A DNA stretch of 64,000 nt from Patescibacteria group bacterium (GTDB taxonomy: Bacteria > Patescibacteriota > UBA1384 > XYA2-FULL-43-10 > 1-14-0-10-43-13), in assembly GCA_041671645.1 (NCBI GenBank), contig JBAZBD010000001.1:671234-735233 (forward strand). Direction: 5' to 3'. The position numbers were made by a program, and so were the translations under genes. This document shows positions 39,787 through 49,747 of this stretch, piece after piece. The notes under the pieces were generated by a model, which searched no databases, was not told the DNA's origin, and was given only the letters and a program-made list of their open reading frames with translations. How positions within the stretch are numbered: the first letter of the stretch is position 1; every line of letters starts with the position of its first letter.

Positions 39787-41118
39787 ATGAAACTAGATAT
39801 CTTCAAAAATGGATCCCCAATACTTCGCACACCCACAGAAACGGTGACTGATTTTGACATGGAACTCCAGAAAACTATAGACGATATGATCGAGACGATG
39901 AGGGGCGCCAACGGAATCGGCTTGGCCGCACCACAGATCGGTAGCTCGAAGAAATTATTGGTCTGCGAATTTGCAGGAGATGAAGAGAGCAAGATTCCGG
40001 CTGTCCCGCTAACTGTCCTTTGCAACCCCGAAATTGTTCAATCGTCAGACGAACTAAAAAATATGGTCGAGGGCTGCCTTTCCTTCCCTGGTATGGAGTT
40101 GATCGTGAAAAGACCGAAAAAGGTGAAGGTGAAGGGCTTTGATAGATATGGCGAACCGATCGAGATCGAAGCTGACAATTTGTATGCTCGAGTGCTACAG
40201 CACGAGATCGATCATCTAAATTGCACCCTTCTGGTCGACCATCTAGAGGAAGTTGACGTTATTTTTATCGGCACTGGCACGCTCGGCGTCCCTGCGCTCA
40301 ATGCCCTAGCAACAGACCCGCAATATCGCATCAAACTTGTCATCACCGGTGAAAATCTTGCCGTCTCAAGAACTCATGCCGACAACATCAACCCAATCGA
40401 GGAAACTGCCAAGAAATACAAGATCCCAATTCTCAAGACCAAGAATATCAAGGATCCTGAAACAATTGAGAAAATCAAAGCGACTAAGCCAAAAATTGGC
40501 ATTATGGCTGATTTTGGTCAGATCGTCAGCGAGGAGATTCTCAACATTCCAGAGTTTGGCATCATCAATATTCATCCTTCACTACTTCCTAAATACCGTG
40601 GACCCTCTCCAATCCAGCAACCGATTCTGGACGGCGTCAAAACTACTGGCGTAAGTCTGATACTAACGGCGAAGAAAATGGATGCTGGCGACCTTGTTTC
40701 TCAAACTATTGTGAAACTTCAAGGTTCGGAAACTTCTACTATTCTGAAGAACTTCCTGGCCGAAGTCGCTGCAACGCAACTTCTGAATTCCCTGCCCTAC
40801 TATATCGCTGGCGACTTGAAGCCTGAGCCACAGGGAGAGAAGCGGATCAGCTATACCCGCCTTTTCACGAAGGAGGATGGCCTTGTCACCGAAACAACTC
40901 CAGCAGTAGAGGTTGAGAGGAAAATTCGCGCTTTTGACGCTTGGCCCAAGGTCTACACTATGGTCAAGGGCAAGAGAGTCCAGCTTCTCTCTTCACATTT
41001 CGATAAAGAAAATAATTTCTTCATCGACCGAGTCAAACCAGAGGGCAAAAGTGAGATGAGTTATGAAGACTTTGTCCGAGGTTATCATACCGAAATCAAA
41101 TTCTCTGAATCGCGTTGA
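39787..41118 (+). CDS. def-fmt: peptide deformylase - methionyl-tRNA formyltransferase fusion
   Basis: GIGLAAPQ, EGCLS and HEIDH, then IFIGT, INIHPSLLPKYRGPSPIQ and MDAGD, all in one ORF. Confidence 0.92.
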   Translation: MKLDIFKNGSPILRTPTETVTDFDMELQKTIDDMIETMRGANGIGLAAPQIGSSKKLLVCEFAGDEESKIPAVPLTVLCNPEIVQSSDELKNMVEGCLSFPGMELIVKRPKKVKVKGFDRYGEPIEIEADNLYARVLQHEIDHLNCTLLVDHLEEVDVIFIGTGTLGVPALNALATDPQYRIKLVITGENLAVSRTHADNINPIEETAKKYKIPILKTKNIKDPETIEKIKATKPKIGIMADFGQIVSEEILNIPEFGIINIHPSLLPKYRGPSPIQQPILDGVKTTGVSLILTAKKMDAGDLVSQTIVKLQGSETSTILKNFLAEVAATQLLNSLPYYIAGDLKPEPQGEKRISYTRLFTKEDGLVTETTPAVEVERKIRAFDAWPKVYTMVKGKRVQLLSSHFDKENNFFIDRVKPEGKSEMSYEDFVRGYHTEIKFSESR

Positions 41119-41175
41119 CATAATGCTCTTATTTTGTTATTCTAATCAGAGAAATTTAAGTTTTTTAGGAAAAAA

Positions 41176-41709
41176 ATGTTGAAAATCAGACTTACCAGAG
41201 TCGGCAAAAAGAATAGCCCGGCTTACCGTGTCGTAGTCGCAGAGCAGAAAAAAGCTGTTCAGCGCAAATTTATTGAAATCTTGGGTAATTACAACCCAGT
41301 TCTCAAACCAAAACAGCTTGTTATCGACAAAGAGCGAGCACTTTTTTGGATGAGCCAGGGCGCTCAGCCTTCTGACACCGTCAACAATTTGATGGTTGAT
41401 CTTGGCATTTTGTCCAAGGACAAGAAAATCAAAAAGGTTTTCGGCAAAGCCACCAAGAAAAAGGACGAGGGCAAGGAGCCAGAAGCTCCTAAAGCCGAAG
41501 AAGCAGTCGTAACAGCCGAGAGTGCCGAAGAAGCAGCTGCCGAAACTCCTGCAGAAGAAGCCCCAGCCGAAGAATCCAAGGCTGAAGAACCAGTTGTTGA
41601 AGAGCCAGTTGCTCCAGAAACTCCAGTTGAGGAAACTCCAGCCGAGGAACCAGTTACTGAAACCGAAGCTCCTGTTGAAGAATCTCCTGAAGATTCTGTT
41701 GAAAAATAA
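41176..41709 (+). CDS. rpsP: 30S ribosomal protein S16 with acidic C-terminal tail
   Basis: MLKIRLTRVGKK..P.YRVVV, GAQPSDTV. Confidence 0.97.
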   Translation: MLKIRLTRVGKKNSPAYRVVVAEQKKAVQRKFIEILGNYNPVLKPKQLVIDKERALFWMSQGAQPSDTVNNLMVDLGILSKDKKIKKVFGKATKKKDEGKEPEAPKAEEAVVTAESAEEAAAETPAEEAPAEESKAEEPVVEEPVAPETPVEETPAEEPVTETEAPVEESPEDSVEK

Positions 41710-41777
41710 ACAAACTTTCCGTACAATAGAGCCATTAAGTAATATTTTTACACCGAAACCCGTGTAGAAAGGAAAAT

Positions 41778-42128
41778 GTGGAAGCAGATCAGAAATTTGT
41801 TGAAGATCTAGTCAAATCAATCGTCGAAAATCCAGGAGACGTTAGCACTGAAAGAACGATCGACGAAAGAGGTGTCCTTATCAAACTCAATGTCAATCCT
41901 GAAGACATGGGCAAAATCATTGGCAAAGAGGGCAAAACTGCCAAAGCTATCAGAACTTTACTTCGTGTTTTCGGCGCTAAATCAAACTCAAGACTAAACT
42001 TGAAAATTGTTGAGCCAGAAGGATCCGAGAGACCAGAGAGATCAGAAACTGCTAGCGAAGATCAAGACGACGTTGAAGATGCTACCAAAAGCGCTTTGGA
42101 CGACGTTCCAAACGACGTATTGGCCTAA
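41778..42128 (+). CDS. khpA: KH-domain RNA-binding protein
   Basis: DMGKIIGKEGKTAKAIRTLL; rpsP-khpA-trmD synteny. Confidence 0.9.
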   Translation: MEADQKFVEDLVKSIVENPGDVSTERTIDERGVLIKLNVNPEDMGKIIGKEGKTAKAIRTLLRVFGAKSNSRLNLKIVEPEGSERPERSETASEDQDDVEDATKSALDDVPNDVLA

Positions 42129-42230
42129 ATACAAATTGAATTTTATAAGAGTCGCCACAACTCTTACCATCCCAAAGATGGTTTGATGTGGCGATTTTCT
42201 TTTTTCAATAATTATTAATCGATATAAACT

Positions 42231-42902
42231 ATGAAATTTGACATTATTACACTGTTCCCTGAAATGTTCGTCGGCCCCTTCTCGGAGTCCATTTTGAAGA
42301 AGGCCCAAAACAAAGACCTGATCAAAATTAATTTTCACAATCTAAGAAATTGGGCTACTGACGCTCATGGCACCGTCGATGATACTCCATATGGCGGAGG
42401 TGCCGGCATGGTCTTGAAAATAGACGTAATGGACAAGGCGCTGGAAGCAGTCAAAAGTGACAAAGCTGAAGGCTCAAAAGAGAAAATTATTTTGCTATCG
42501 CCAAAAGGGCGAAGATTGAACCAAGATATCGTCAGAGACTTAGCCCAGTATGACCGTCTAATCCTGCTCTGCGGGCATTATGAGGAGTTTGACGAGCGTA
42601 TACGGGAGAATCTAGTTGATGATGACATCTCGCTCGGAGACTTCGTCCTGACGGGTGGAGAGATCCCAGCCATGGCGCTAGTTGATTCTGTCTCTCGTCT
42701 CGTACCAGGGGTGCTGAAAGAAGGATCTCCAGACGAAGAATCCTTCATGCAAAAGGATGAATCAGACAATTTCCTGCTCGAATACCCTCAATACACTAGG
42801 CCAGTAGAATACAAAGGTTGGAAAGTGCCAGAAGTCTTGCAATCCGGCAATCATGGCGAGATCGACAAATGGCGAGATCAAAACCGTCAAAAAGCTGAAT
42901 AA
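42231..42902 (+). CDS. trmD: tRNA (guanine37-N1)-methyltransferase
   Basis: DDTPYGGGAGMV, CGHYE..DER, SLGDFVLTGGE, EYPQYTRP. Confidence 0.98.
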   Translation: MKFDIITLFPEMFVGPFSESILKKAQNKDLIKINFHNLRNWATDAHGTVDDTPYGGGAGMVLKIDVMDKALEAVKSDKAEGSKEKIILLSPKGRRLNQDIVRDLAQYDRLILLCGHYEEFDERIRENLVDDDISLGDFVLTGGEIPAMALVDSVSRLVPGVLKEGSPDEESFMQKDESDNFLLEYPQYTRPVEYKGWKVPEVLQSGNHGEIDKWRDQNRQKAE

Positions 42903-42989
42903 ATTCACTTTTTGGGCACAAAAAATCCCCAATGAAGGGGTAGGCGGGTCTCCGCGCATGTAACATGCTTGGAGACCCTCTGAAATTAT

Positions 42990-43229
42990 CTACGTTGTGA
43001 CTGAGACGGCATATTTGCCGCTTTCTGGTGCTCTACGAAGCCATGTAATCGCTGCTCGATGGCCAGTTCCTACAGGACAATTGCGGACGACTGCTCCGTC
43101 GTTGAGGATTTTAACGCCAATGACGCCAAATTCCTGCACACAGGCTTCGATCCGTGAGACTGCCGTCTCTGCTGACATTGGCTGACTACCGTCAAGCCCT
43201 GCCAACAATTTCTTCTTTTTGTCTGCCAT
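42990..43229 (-). CDS. hypothetical protein
   Basis: AAGGAG RBS, 79 aa. Confidence 0.5.
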   Translation of the reverse strand: MADKKKKLLAGLDGSQPMSAETAVSRIEACVQEFGVIGVKILNDGAVVRNCPVGTGHRAAITWLRRAPESGKYAVSVTT

Positions 43230-43435
43230 TTGATTGGCTCCTTTGGGGGTAGAATGCTCCCTAACTTGATCCTTGGGGGATCGCCTTAGAAAGACTAGGC
43301 AAAGCTAATATCTAGCTCTGGACTAGCCTCACTAAATGCAGTATTATTACTACACAATATTTTTGGAATATTTGCAATTATACTGTTTATTAGTCTTTTT
43401 GTCAAGAGTACCGAACAAACATCGAATAAAATGAT

Positions 43436-43476
43436 TGGATCCCCGGATCATGGCTAGCGCCTGTCCGAGGATGACA
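43436..43476. repeat. REP-like palindrome (GGAT...ATGACA family), single arm
   Basis: TGGATCCCCGGATCA...GTCCGAGGATGACA. Confidence 0.75.
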
Positions 43477-43486
43477 ACTAAATAAT

Positions 43487-45463
43487 ATGGCCATGGAACA
43501 TCCTTTTAAAATTCATTCCGATTGGAAACCTGCCGGCGATCAGCCGGAAGCGATTTTGGCATTGACCGAAAATCTGAAAAAGGACGTGAAACATCAGACC
43601 CTTTGGGGTGTGACAGGAAGCGGCAAGACCTTCACCATGGCCAATGTGATCCAAAATGTGCAGAAGCCTACTCTAGTGATCGCACACAACAAAACTCTGG
43701 CCGCACAGCTAGCCGATGAGTTTCGCGCCTTCTTCCCAGAAAATGAAGTCCATTATTTCGTTTCGTACTATGATTATTATCAGCCAGAAGCCTATATTCC
43801 CCATTCCGATACCTATATCGAGAAGGATTCCTCGATCAATGATGAGATCGATCGCCTTCGCCACGCCGCCACCCACGCGCTACTGACCCGCAAAGACGTC
43901 ATCATCGTCGCCTCAGTTTCCTGCATCTACGGTATTGGTAGCCCAGAATTCTATCTATCGGAAAATTTCAGCTTCGAGGTCGGTCAAAAGATAAATCGCA
44001 ATGAATTCTTGCAGAAACTAAATACTCTGCGTTACGAACGCAACGATATTGATCTCAAGCGCGGAACATACCGCCTTCGCGGCGACGTCCTGGAGATCCT
44101 GCCGGCCTATGCCAATAATTCTATCCGAATTGAGTTTTTTGGCGATACAGTCGAGAAAATTTCAGAGGTTGACTGGGTCACTGGCGCACAAATGAAGGAT
44201 CTGACTGAATTTGATGTTTTCCCGGCTACTCACTTCCTGACCCCGCCAGAATTGCAGAAAAAAGCGATCGAACAGATCAAGAATGATTTGGAGATCCAAG
44301 TTGCCAGATTCAAGAAAGAGGGCAAGCCACTCGAGGCCGAGAGGATCGAGCAGAGGACAAATTTTGATATTGAGATGATCGAACAGACCGGGAGTTGCTC
44401 CGGAATTGAGAATTATTCTCGTTATTTTGATGGTCGCAAAGCGGGAGAGCCAGCCACCACCCTAATTGACTACTTCCCCGAAGATAAATTGATCTTCATC
44501 GACGAATCCCACATGACCGTGCCACAGATCGGCGCAATGTTCGAAGGCGACCGCGCCAGGAAAGATAAATTGGTCGAATACGGCTTTCGTCTACCGTCCG
44601 CCTATGACAATCGTCCGCTCCGCTGGCCAGAATTCTACAAGAAAATCGACCAAGCCATCTATGTTTCGGCTACTCCAGGTAAATACGAGATGGAGAAAAC
44701 TGCTGACAATATTATTCGTCAATTCATCCGTCCGACAGGACTGCTCGACCCAATTATCGAGATAAGGAAAACGAAAGGCCAGATTGATGATCTGATGGCT
44801 GAGATCGCCAAGACGACGGCCAAGGGCCAGAGGGTCCTCGTCACGACGCTAACCAAGAGAATGGCCGAAGAGCTCTCAGATTATCTAACGGATAAGGGAA
44901 TTAAGGTCGCCTATCTCCACTCCGATATTATTACGCTAGAGAGGCTAGAGATATTACACAAATTACGACTTGGCAAATTTGATGTCCTGATCGGGATCAA
45001 TTTGCTCAGAGAAGGACTCGACCTGCCGGAAGTCTCTCTGGTCGCCATACTAGATGCTGACAAAGAAGGATTTCTCCGTAGCAAGACTAGCCTGATCCAG
45101 ACCATGGGCCGCGCCGCCCGTCATGTTGACGGCCGAGTTATAATGTACGCTGACGTCGAGACCGATTCGATGAAAGCGGCCATTGCCGAAACAACAGCAC
45201 GCCGCGAGGTTCAGGAAAAATATAATCAGGACCATGGAATCACCCCAATCAGCATTTCGAAATCTGTCGCCCCAGAGAAGATAGAGGAGGAGAAGGAATT
45301 GTCAGAAATCGAACACGATTTTGCCAGATTGCCAAAAAGTGAAAAGAAAAGGGTCGTGGCCGATATTCAAGTAAGAATGCTAGCGGCGGCCAAGAACCTG
45401 GAATTTGAGCGTGCAGCAGAGCTTCGCGACCAAATTACCTTCTTGGAGGCCCAAATCCGCTAA
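43487..45463 (+). CDS. uvrB: excinuclease ABC subunit B
   Basis: GVTGSGKTFT, YFVSYYDYYQPEAY, DESH, GINLLREGLD, GRAAR. Confidence 0.99.
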   Translation: MAMEHPFKIHSDWKPAGDQPEAILALTENLKKDVKHQTLWGVTGSGKTFTMANVIQNVQKPTLVIAHNKTLAAQLADEFRAFFPENEVHYFVSYYDYYQPEAYIPHSDTYIEKDSSINDEIDRLRHAATHALLTRKDVIIVASVSCIYGIGSPEFYLSENFSFEVGQKINRNEFLQKLNTLRYERNDIDLKRGTYRLRGDVLEILPAYANNSIRIEFFGDTVEKISEVDWVTGAQMKDLTEFDVFPATHFLTPPELQKKAIEQIKNDLEIQVARFKKEGKPLEAERIEQRTNFDIEMIEQTGSCSGIENYSRYFDGRKAGEPATTLIDYFPEDKLIFIDESHMTVPQIGAMFEGDRARKDKLVEYGFRLPSAYDNRPLRWPEFYKKIDQAIYVSATPGKYEMEKTADNIIRQFIRPTGLLDPIIEIRKTKGQIDDLMAEIAKTTAKGQRVLVTTLTKRMAEELSDYLTDKGIKVAYLHSDIITLERLEILHKLRLGKFDVLIGINLLREGLDLPEVSLVAILDADKEGFLRSKTSLIQTMGRAARHVDGRVIMYADVETDSMKAAIAETTARREVQEKYNQDHGITPISISKSVAPEKIEEEKELSEIEHDFARLPKSEKKRVVADIQVRMLAAAKNLEFERAAELRDQITFLEAQIR

Positions 45464-45503
45464 CCTTGACTTTGAGCGTCATTTTGGCTATTATAACGAA
45501 GCA

Positions 45504-45824
45504 ATGAATCATCAAGAGCTTTATAAATTGTTGGTCACGGTGCAGAAAAACGTTCGTTGCCCTCAGTGTGGCAAACAGTACGATTTTGCTTCAATCCAGA
45601 TTCGTGGCATCGTCGACACAATTCTCTTTCTTGAGCTCAATTGTTCGAGCCACATGCCCCTCCTTGCCACAGTCACCTTGAGCAAACAATCGCCCAAGAT
45701 CAAGACTGGCGTTGAGAGCAAAGTCAGCTCAGACGACGTGATCGAAACATACCGATTCCTGAAGGATTGGAACGGATCATTTGCCGAAATATTTAACGAA
45801 AAAATAGATAACAATAAGGAATAG
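45504..45824 (+). CDS. hypothetical Zn-ribbon protein
   Basis: RCPQCG...C..H; TTGACT...TATTAT promoter upstream. Confidence 0.65.
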   Translation: MNHQELYKLLVTVQKNVRCPQCGKQYDFASIQIRGIVDTILFLELNCSSHMPLLATVTLSKQSPKIKTGVESKVSSDDVIETYRFLKDWNGSFAEIFNEKIDNNKE

Positions 45825-45827
45825 AAA

Positions 45828-46511
45828 ATGTCAGAAGAATTCAAACTAAAAGTAGAAATCAGAAGCGAGAAACCAAACATTACTCGCAAGAATAACAAAA
45901 TTCCAGCTATCGTCTACGGTAAACACGTCGATCCTATTGCTGTAGCTATCGACAAGCTCGAGTTTGAGCGCATCTTCCGACATGCTGGTACTTCTCATTT
46001 GATTGAGATGACCGCCGGAGATCAAAAATTCAAAACTTTGATTAACGACTTTCAGAAGCACCCCGTGACTGGTCAAATTTTGCATATTGATTTCACTAAG
46101 ATCAATATGAAAGAGAAAATCCGCGCCGAGGTCCCTCTCAAATTTGTCGGCGAATCCAATGCTGTCATCAATCTTGAAGGTTCTCTCATCAATCCAATCG
46201 ATGCTATCGAAATTGAATGTTTGCCAGCCGACCTTCCTGCTGAAATTGAAGTTGATATCGCTGTGCTTGACGACTTCGAGAAGAATATCAAGATTTCCGA
46301 CTTGAATATCCCTGCCGGTGTCGAAGTTCTCTCTGACGTCGAAGAAGTGATCGCATTTGTCCAGGAGCCAAGAAGCGAAGAAGAGCTTGAGGCCCTGAAC
46401 GAAGAAGTGGTTGAAGATGTTAGCGCAATCGAAGTTGAGAACAAGGGCGAGGACGCTCCCGTTGAAGAGGGCGCAGCCGAAGAGAAATCTGAAGACAAAA
46501 AAGAAGAGTAA
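45828..46511 (+). CDS. rplY: 50S ribosomal protein L25/CTC
   Basis: IPAIVYG, QKHPVTGQILHIDF, ECLPADLP. Confidence 0.95.
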   Translation: MSEEFKLKVEIRSEKPNITRKNNKIPAIVYGKHVDPIAVAIDKLEFERIFRHAGTSHLIEMTAGDQKFKTLINDFQKHPVTGQILHIDFTKINMKEKIRAEVPLKFVGESNAVINLEGSLINPIDAIEIECLPADLPAEIEVDIAVLDDFEKNIKISDLNIPAGVEVLSDVEEVIAFVQEPRSEEELEALNEEVVEDVSAIEVENKGEDAPVEEGAAEEKSEDKKEE

Positions 46512-46603
46512 ATATTTCGCACTAAATACAAAAAATGCTCCGCAAGGGGCATTTTTTGGTGGACAAAGATTAAATATTATGTTAACGTATCGCCATCATC
46601 ATA

Positions 46604-46906
46604 TTGATCGTGATCGGTCTCGATCAACTAGGGGGGCACCAAGTGGATGATTTAAAATTTGGACATAGAGTTAGGGTCAGAGTCCTTGGATTCCTCGAGG
46701 GAGTAAAAATCCCAGAAGAGTTTCAGGAGGCTCGACAGATCGGCCGTTATGGCAAGATTGTTGGTTTCGTCAGCGGTTATGGCGGGAACGTCTGCATAGT
46801 CCAAATGGGCGACACCTGCCAACGCGGGTATTTCTCCCGTCATGAGCTGGGAGAGACCTTCCACGAATCTTCTCCAGAATCAAGATGGTTCGACAAATCG
46901 GCCTGA
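46604..46906 (+). CDS. hypothetical protein (start uncertain)
   Basis: ORF occupying an intergenic gap; no recognised motif. Confidence 0.4.
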   Translation: MIVIGLDQLGGHQVDDLKFGHRVRVRVLGFLEGVKIPEEFQEARQIGRYGKIVGFVSGYGGNVCIVQMGDTCQRGYFSRHELGETFHESSPESRWFDKSA

Positions 46907-46974
46907 TGGCCGAATTAATTACACGCTCCGTAGAATCAATTTCCGCGGAGCGAATTTTATTAGTACTCGACTAA

Positions 46975-47550
46975 TTATTTTGAGATCAGTTCTAGCTTCG
47001 ATAATAATATGCGTTCATTCCCAAATCCTGTATTTTCATAGAGTGCGATGGCGTCGATCGTAGATTTCTCATCAAAATCCCTATCGGCTAAATATCGTTT
47101 TATTTCGGTAAATTTTTCTTCAGTAACATCGTTGTAGGCAAGAGTGACGTGCGGATCAAATGCCCGAGCTTGCTGAGCAGGAAAGGCATTGAACTGGAGT
47201 AACTTTCGATTAATACCTGATAGCTCGGCTCCCTTCGCCACATCAACCGTCGCTACATAAGGATTTTTGGCTGTTCCCCCGACGATAGCATTATCAAAAA
47301 ATTTGAAACCGCTCAGGACAACTTGGATAGGGCCAATTGGCGAAATAAATTCTTTAAATTGGGAGATCATGTCTGCGATCTTATCTGACGGCACGATAAG
47401 ACCAGGACGCAACGTCACATGTGGCGGCCAACTTAATGCTTCGCGCACATCAAATTTTTCAGCGATTTCAGCGCGTAATTCCTGAAGACGGTCGCTTGTT
47501 TCTTCCGAGAATAGCCCGATAACTGCAATATTTTTCTGCTCTGTGCCCAT
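46975..47550 (-). CDS. 2H phosphoesterase (2'-5' RNA ligase family)
   Basis: Two HxT motifs, PPHVTL and DPHVTLA. Confidence 0.9.
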   Translation of the reverse strand: MGTEQKNIAVIGLFSEETSDRLQELRAEIAEKFDVREALSWPPHVTLRPGLIVPSDKIADMISQFKEFISPIGPIQVVLSGFKFFDNAIVGGTAKNPYVATVDVAKGAELSGINRKLLQFNAFPAQQARAFDPHVTLAYNDVTEEKFTEIKRYLADRDFDEKSTIDAIALYENTGFGNERILLSKLELISK

Positions 47551-47678
47551 AATTATATCTCTATTTTTAATTGAATACGGTAGTTTACTTAGCGACTTCT
47601 TGTTTTTGAATGATTTATTTGCGTATAATAACCACTGCTAGTATAGCAAATTATTAATTACTATTATATTCGCTAAAT

Positions 47679-48713
47679 ATGAATTTCTATATCAAAGTTT
47701 TCGGCTGTCAGTACAACGAATGGGACAAGACACGTCTCGCTTTTGTTTTGAATAAATTTGGTCTGACGGAATCATCAGAAGAAAGTGCCGAGATTGTTTT
47801 CCTGTTAAATTGTTCTGTTCGCAAAACTGGCGTTGACCGAGCTCTCGGCTTCGCACGGAATTTTATCGATCAGAAGAAGAAGGTCGTAGTTACTGGCTGC
47901 GTCCTCGAACCCGACAAGAAAAGATTCCTGGAAAAGGGCGCCATACTTTGGGACGGCAAAGACTTTTCAAAATTGAATGAAGCTTTGAAATTAGAACCTA
48001 CAGATGAATTACAAACTAAAAACTATGAACTAAAAACTAGCCTGGTTCCCATCATGACCGGCTGCAACAATTTTTGCTCATACTGCGCCGTGCCATATAC
48101 TCGTGGCCGAGAAGTTTCACGATCGGTTGAAGACATATTAAATGACGTTCGCCGCGCTGTTGAAGCAGGAGAAAAAGAGATCGTTTTGCTTGGACAAAAC
48201 GTGAATTCTTATTCAAATGACTTTGCTAAATTGCTAGAACAAGTAAACGCGATTCCTGGTGATTTTAAAGTCAAATTTACCAGCAATCACCCCAAAGATA
48301 TGTCTGACGATATTATCGAGGCGGTCGCAACTCTGCCCAAAATTGCTAAAGAAATTCATCTCCCTCTACAATCCGGCAGTAACAAAGTATTACAGAGTAT
48401 GAATCGTCCGTACACCCGAGAGCAGTATCTCGATTTGGTAAGTAAAATCAAAAAACGTATTCCAGAGATTAGAATTACGACCGATTCAATAATTGGTTTC
48501 CCGACCGAAACGGAGGAAGATTTTGAGCTAACAGTCGACGTTTATAGACAAGTCGGCTTCGCCCAAGCGTTCAATAATAAATATTCGCCCCGCGAAGGGA
48601 CTAAGGCTTGGGAGCTAGGTGACCCGATCCCTTGGGCCGAGAAACAACGCCGCTGGCGTGTGCTCAACGACATAAGCTACCAAAAGAGCGAAAAGCCAGC
48701 TATTGCATTATAG
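47679..48713 (+). CDS. miaB: tRNA methylthiotransferase MiaB-type, lacking the TRAM domain
   Basis: FGCQYN, NCSVR, GCNNFCSYCAVPYTRGRE, LGQNVNSY, HLPLQSGS, YSPREGT. Confidence 0.85.
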   Translation: MNFYIKVFGCQYNEWDKTRLAFVLNKFGLTESSEESAEIVFLLNCSVRKTGVDRALGFARNFIDQKKKVVVTGCVLEPDKKRFLEKGAILWDGKDFSKLNEALKLEPTDELQTKNYELKTSLVPIMTGCNNFCSYCAVPYTRGREVSRSVEDILNDVRRAVEAGEKEIVLLGQNVNSYSNDFAKLLEQVNAIPGDFKVKFTSNHPKDMSDDIIEAVATLPKIAKEIHLPLQSGSNKVLQSMNRPYTREQYLDLVSKIKKRIPEIRITTDSIIGFPTETEEDFELTVDVYRQVGFAQAFNNKYSPREGTKAWELGDPIPWAEKQRRWRVLNDISYQKSEKPAIAL

Positions 48714-48761
48714 ACTATTTTGTGATATAATATATTATATTCAAGCTCGGAGGAGGTACTT

Positions 48762-48902
48762 ATGAGCTTAGTTTACACATTGGTCGCATGCGCGGCCATG
48801 TTCCTGGCCTTCACCCATTTTATGGGCGGAGACCTCAAAGTCTTTGGCGAGTTTGCCAGAGACACTGCTGAAGATTTCAGCAAATTTTTCAGGAGAGGCT
48901 AA
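48762..48902 (+). CDS. 46-aa single-TM small protein
   Basis: Below the ORF-track cutoff; GGAGGAGG RBS, TTGCAT-N17-TATAAT promoter, terminator downstream. Confidence 0.6.
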   Translation: MSLVYTLVACAAMFLAFTHFMGGDLKVFGEFARDTAEDFSKFFRRG

Positions 48903-48960
48903 GCCTCTCCGCAACTAGCGCCCCAGACATTTATGTACTGGGGCGTTATTCTTTTTTAGA

Positions 48961-49746
48961 TCATTTCAAGAACTCTATTACTTCATCCAAATATTGATCA
49001 ACCATATCCGGTCGCGCAAGATCGTGATTGCCGTCCCTGACCTCTAGCAATCGAATATTGCTTGGTATTTTGTCATTGCTGGCCATGGGGACGACTTCAT
49101 CAGACAAGCCGTGAATGATCAAAATATTTTCTGGCTTGGCGGTTTGTAGAAATTGTTGGTAATCCATTTCCGAATTTTCAGATAGATAACCACTATCGAG
49201 ATAGTGTTCTTTTCTCATTTGATGATCAAGTCGACAGTTGTTCTGAAACGCAGCTTCGTCCAAATAATGTTCATAGTTTGACCACTCTATTTTCTGATCT
49301 TTCAGTTCTGATTGTACGAAGAAATAACGAAGAAGTTTTTGTTGGTTCAGCCCCGGGGCGAGTAAAATTAGTTTGCCCAGAGTATCAGGATTTTCTTGAT
49401 TAAATTTGAGGGCAACGCATGCTCCCAGACTGTGAGCCACAACAGAAACATTTTTGATGTTGGTACAATTTGATTTGAGCGCCATAATGGCCGAATTTAG
49501 TTCCCCAACCATTTTGGCAACGGTTATTTTTGAAAAGTCACCATCCGAAATGCCAGCCCCAGCGAAATCTAAACGAAACGAGACAGCCTGATCCTTCAGT
49601 CGATCAACAATATTTTTAAATCTCATCCTAACTGTGCTGCCCTCAAACCCGTGGAGGAAAATAACGGCTCGGTCAGAATTAGCTTCGTCGACGATGCCAC
49701 GCAATAACTCGCCATCTTGGTTTTTGAATTCTAATAGCTTTGCCAT
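48961..49746 (-). CDS. alpha/beta hydrolase
   Basis: FLHGF, DFAGAG.SDG, AHSLG, HG.SDEVV, GNH. Confidence 0.9.
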   Translation of the reverse strand: MAKLLEFKNQDGELLRGIVDEANSDRAVIFLHGFEGSTVRMRFKNIVDRLKDQAVSFRLDFAGAGISDGDFSKITVAKMVGELNSAIMALKSNCTNIKNVSVVAHSLGACVALKFNQENPDTLGKLILLAPGLNQQKLLRYFFVQSELKDQKIEWSNYEHYLDEAAFQNNCRLDHQMRKEHYLDSGYLSENSEMDYQQFLQTAKPENILIIHGLSDEVVPMASNDKIPSNIRLLEVRDGNHDLARPDMVDQYLDEVIEFLK

Positions 49747-49747
49747 A

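Noticed and set aside
41460-41705. Repetitive GAAGAA/CCAG tract in rpsP as a DNA repeat element
   Set aside because: It is explained by a low-complexity Glu/Pro/Ala tail, which is common on S16.
43240-43335. Riboswitch in the leader of the 79-aa hypothetical gene
   Set aside because: Hairpins are present, but I recognise no aptamer consensus.
43411-43430. LexA/SOS box upstream of uvrB (and GAAT-N4-ATTC upstream of uvrA)
   Set aside because: These are only partial matches to GAAC-N4-GTTC, and the two sites disagree.
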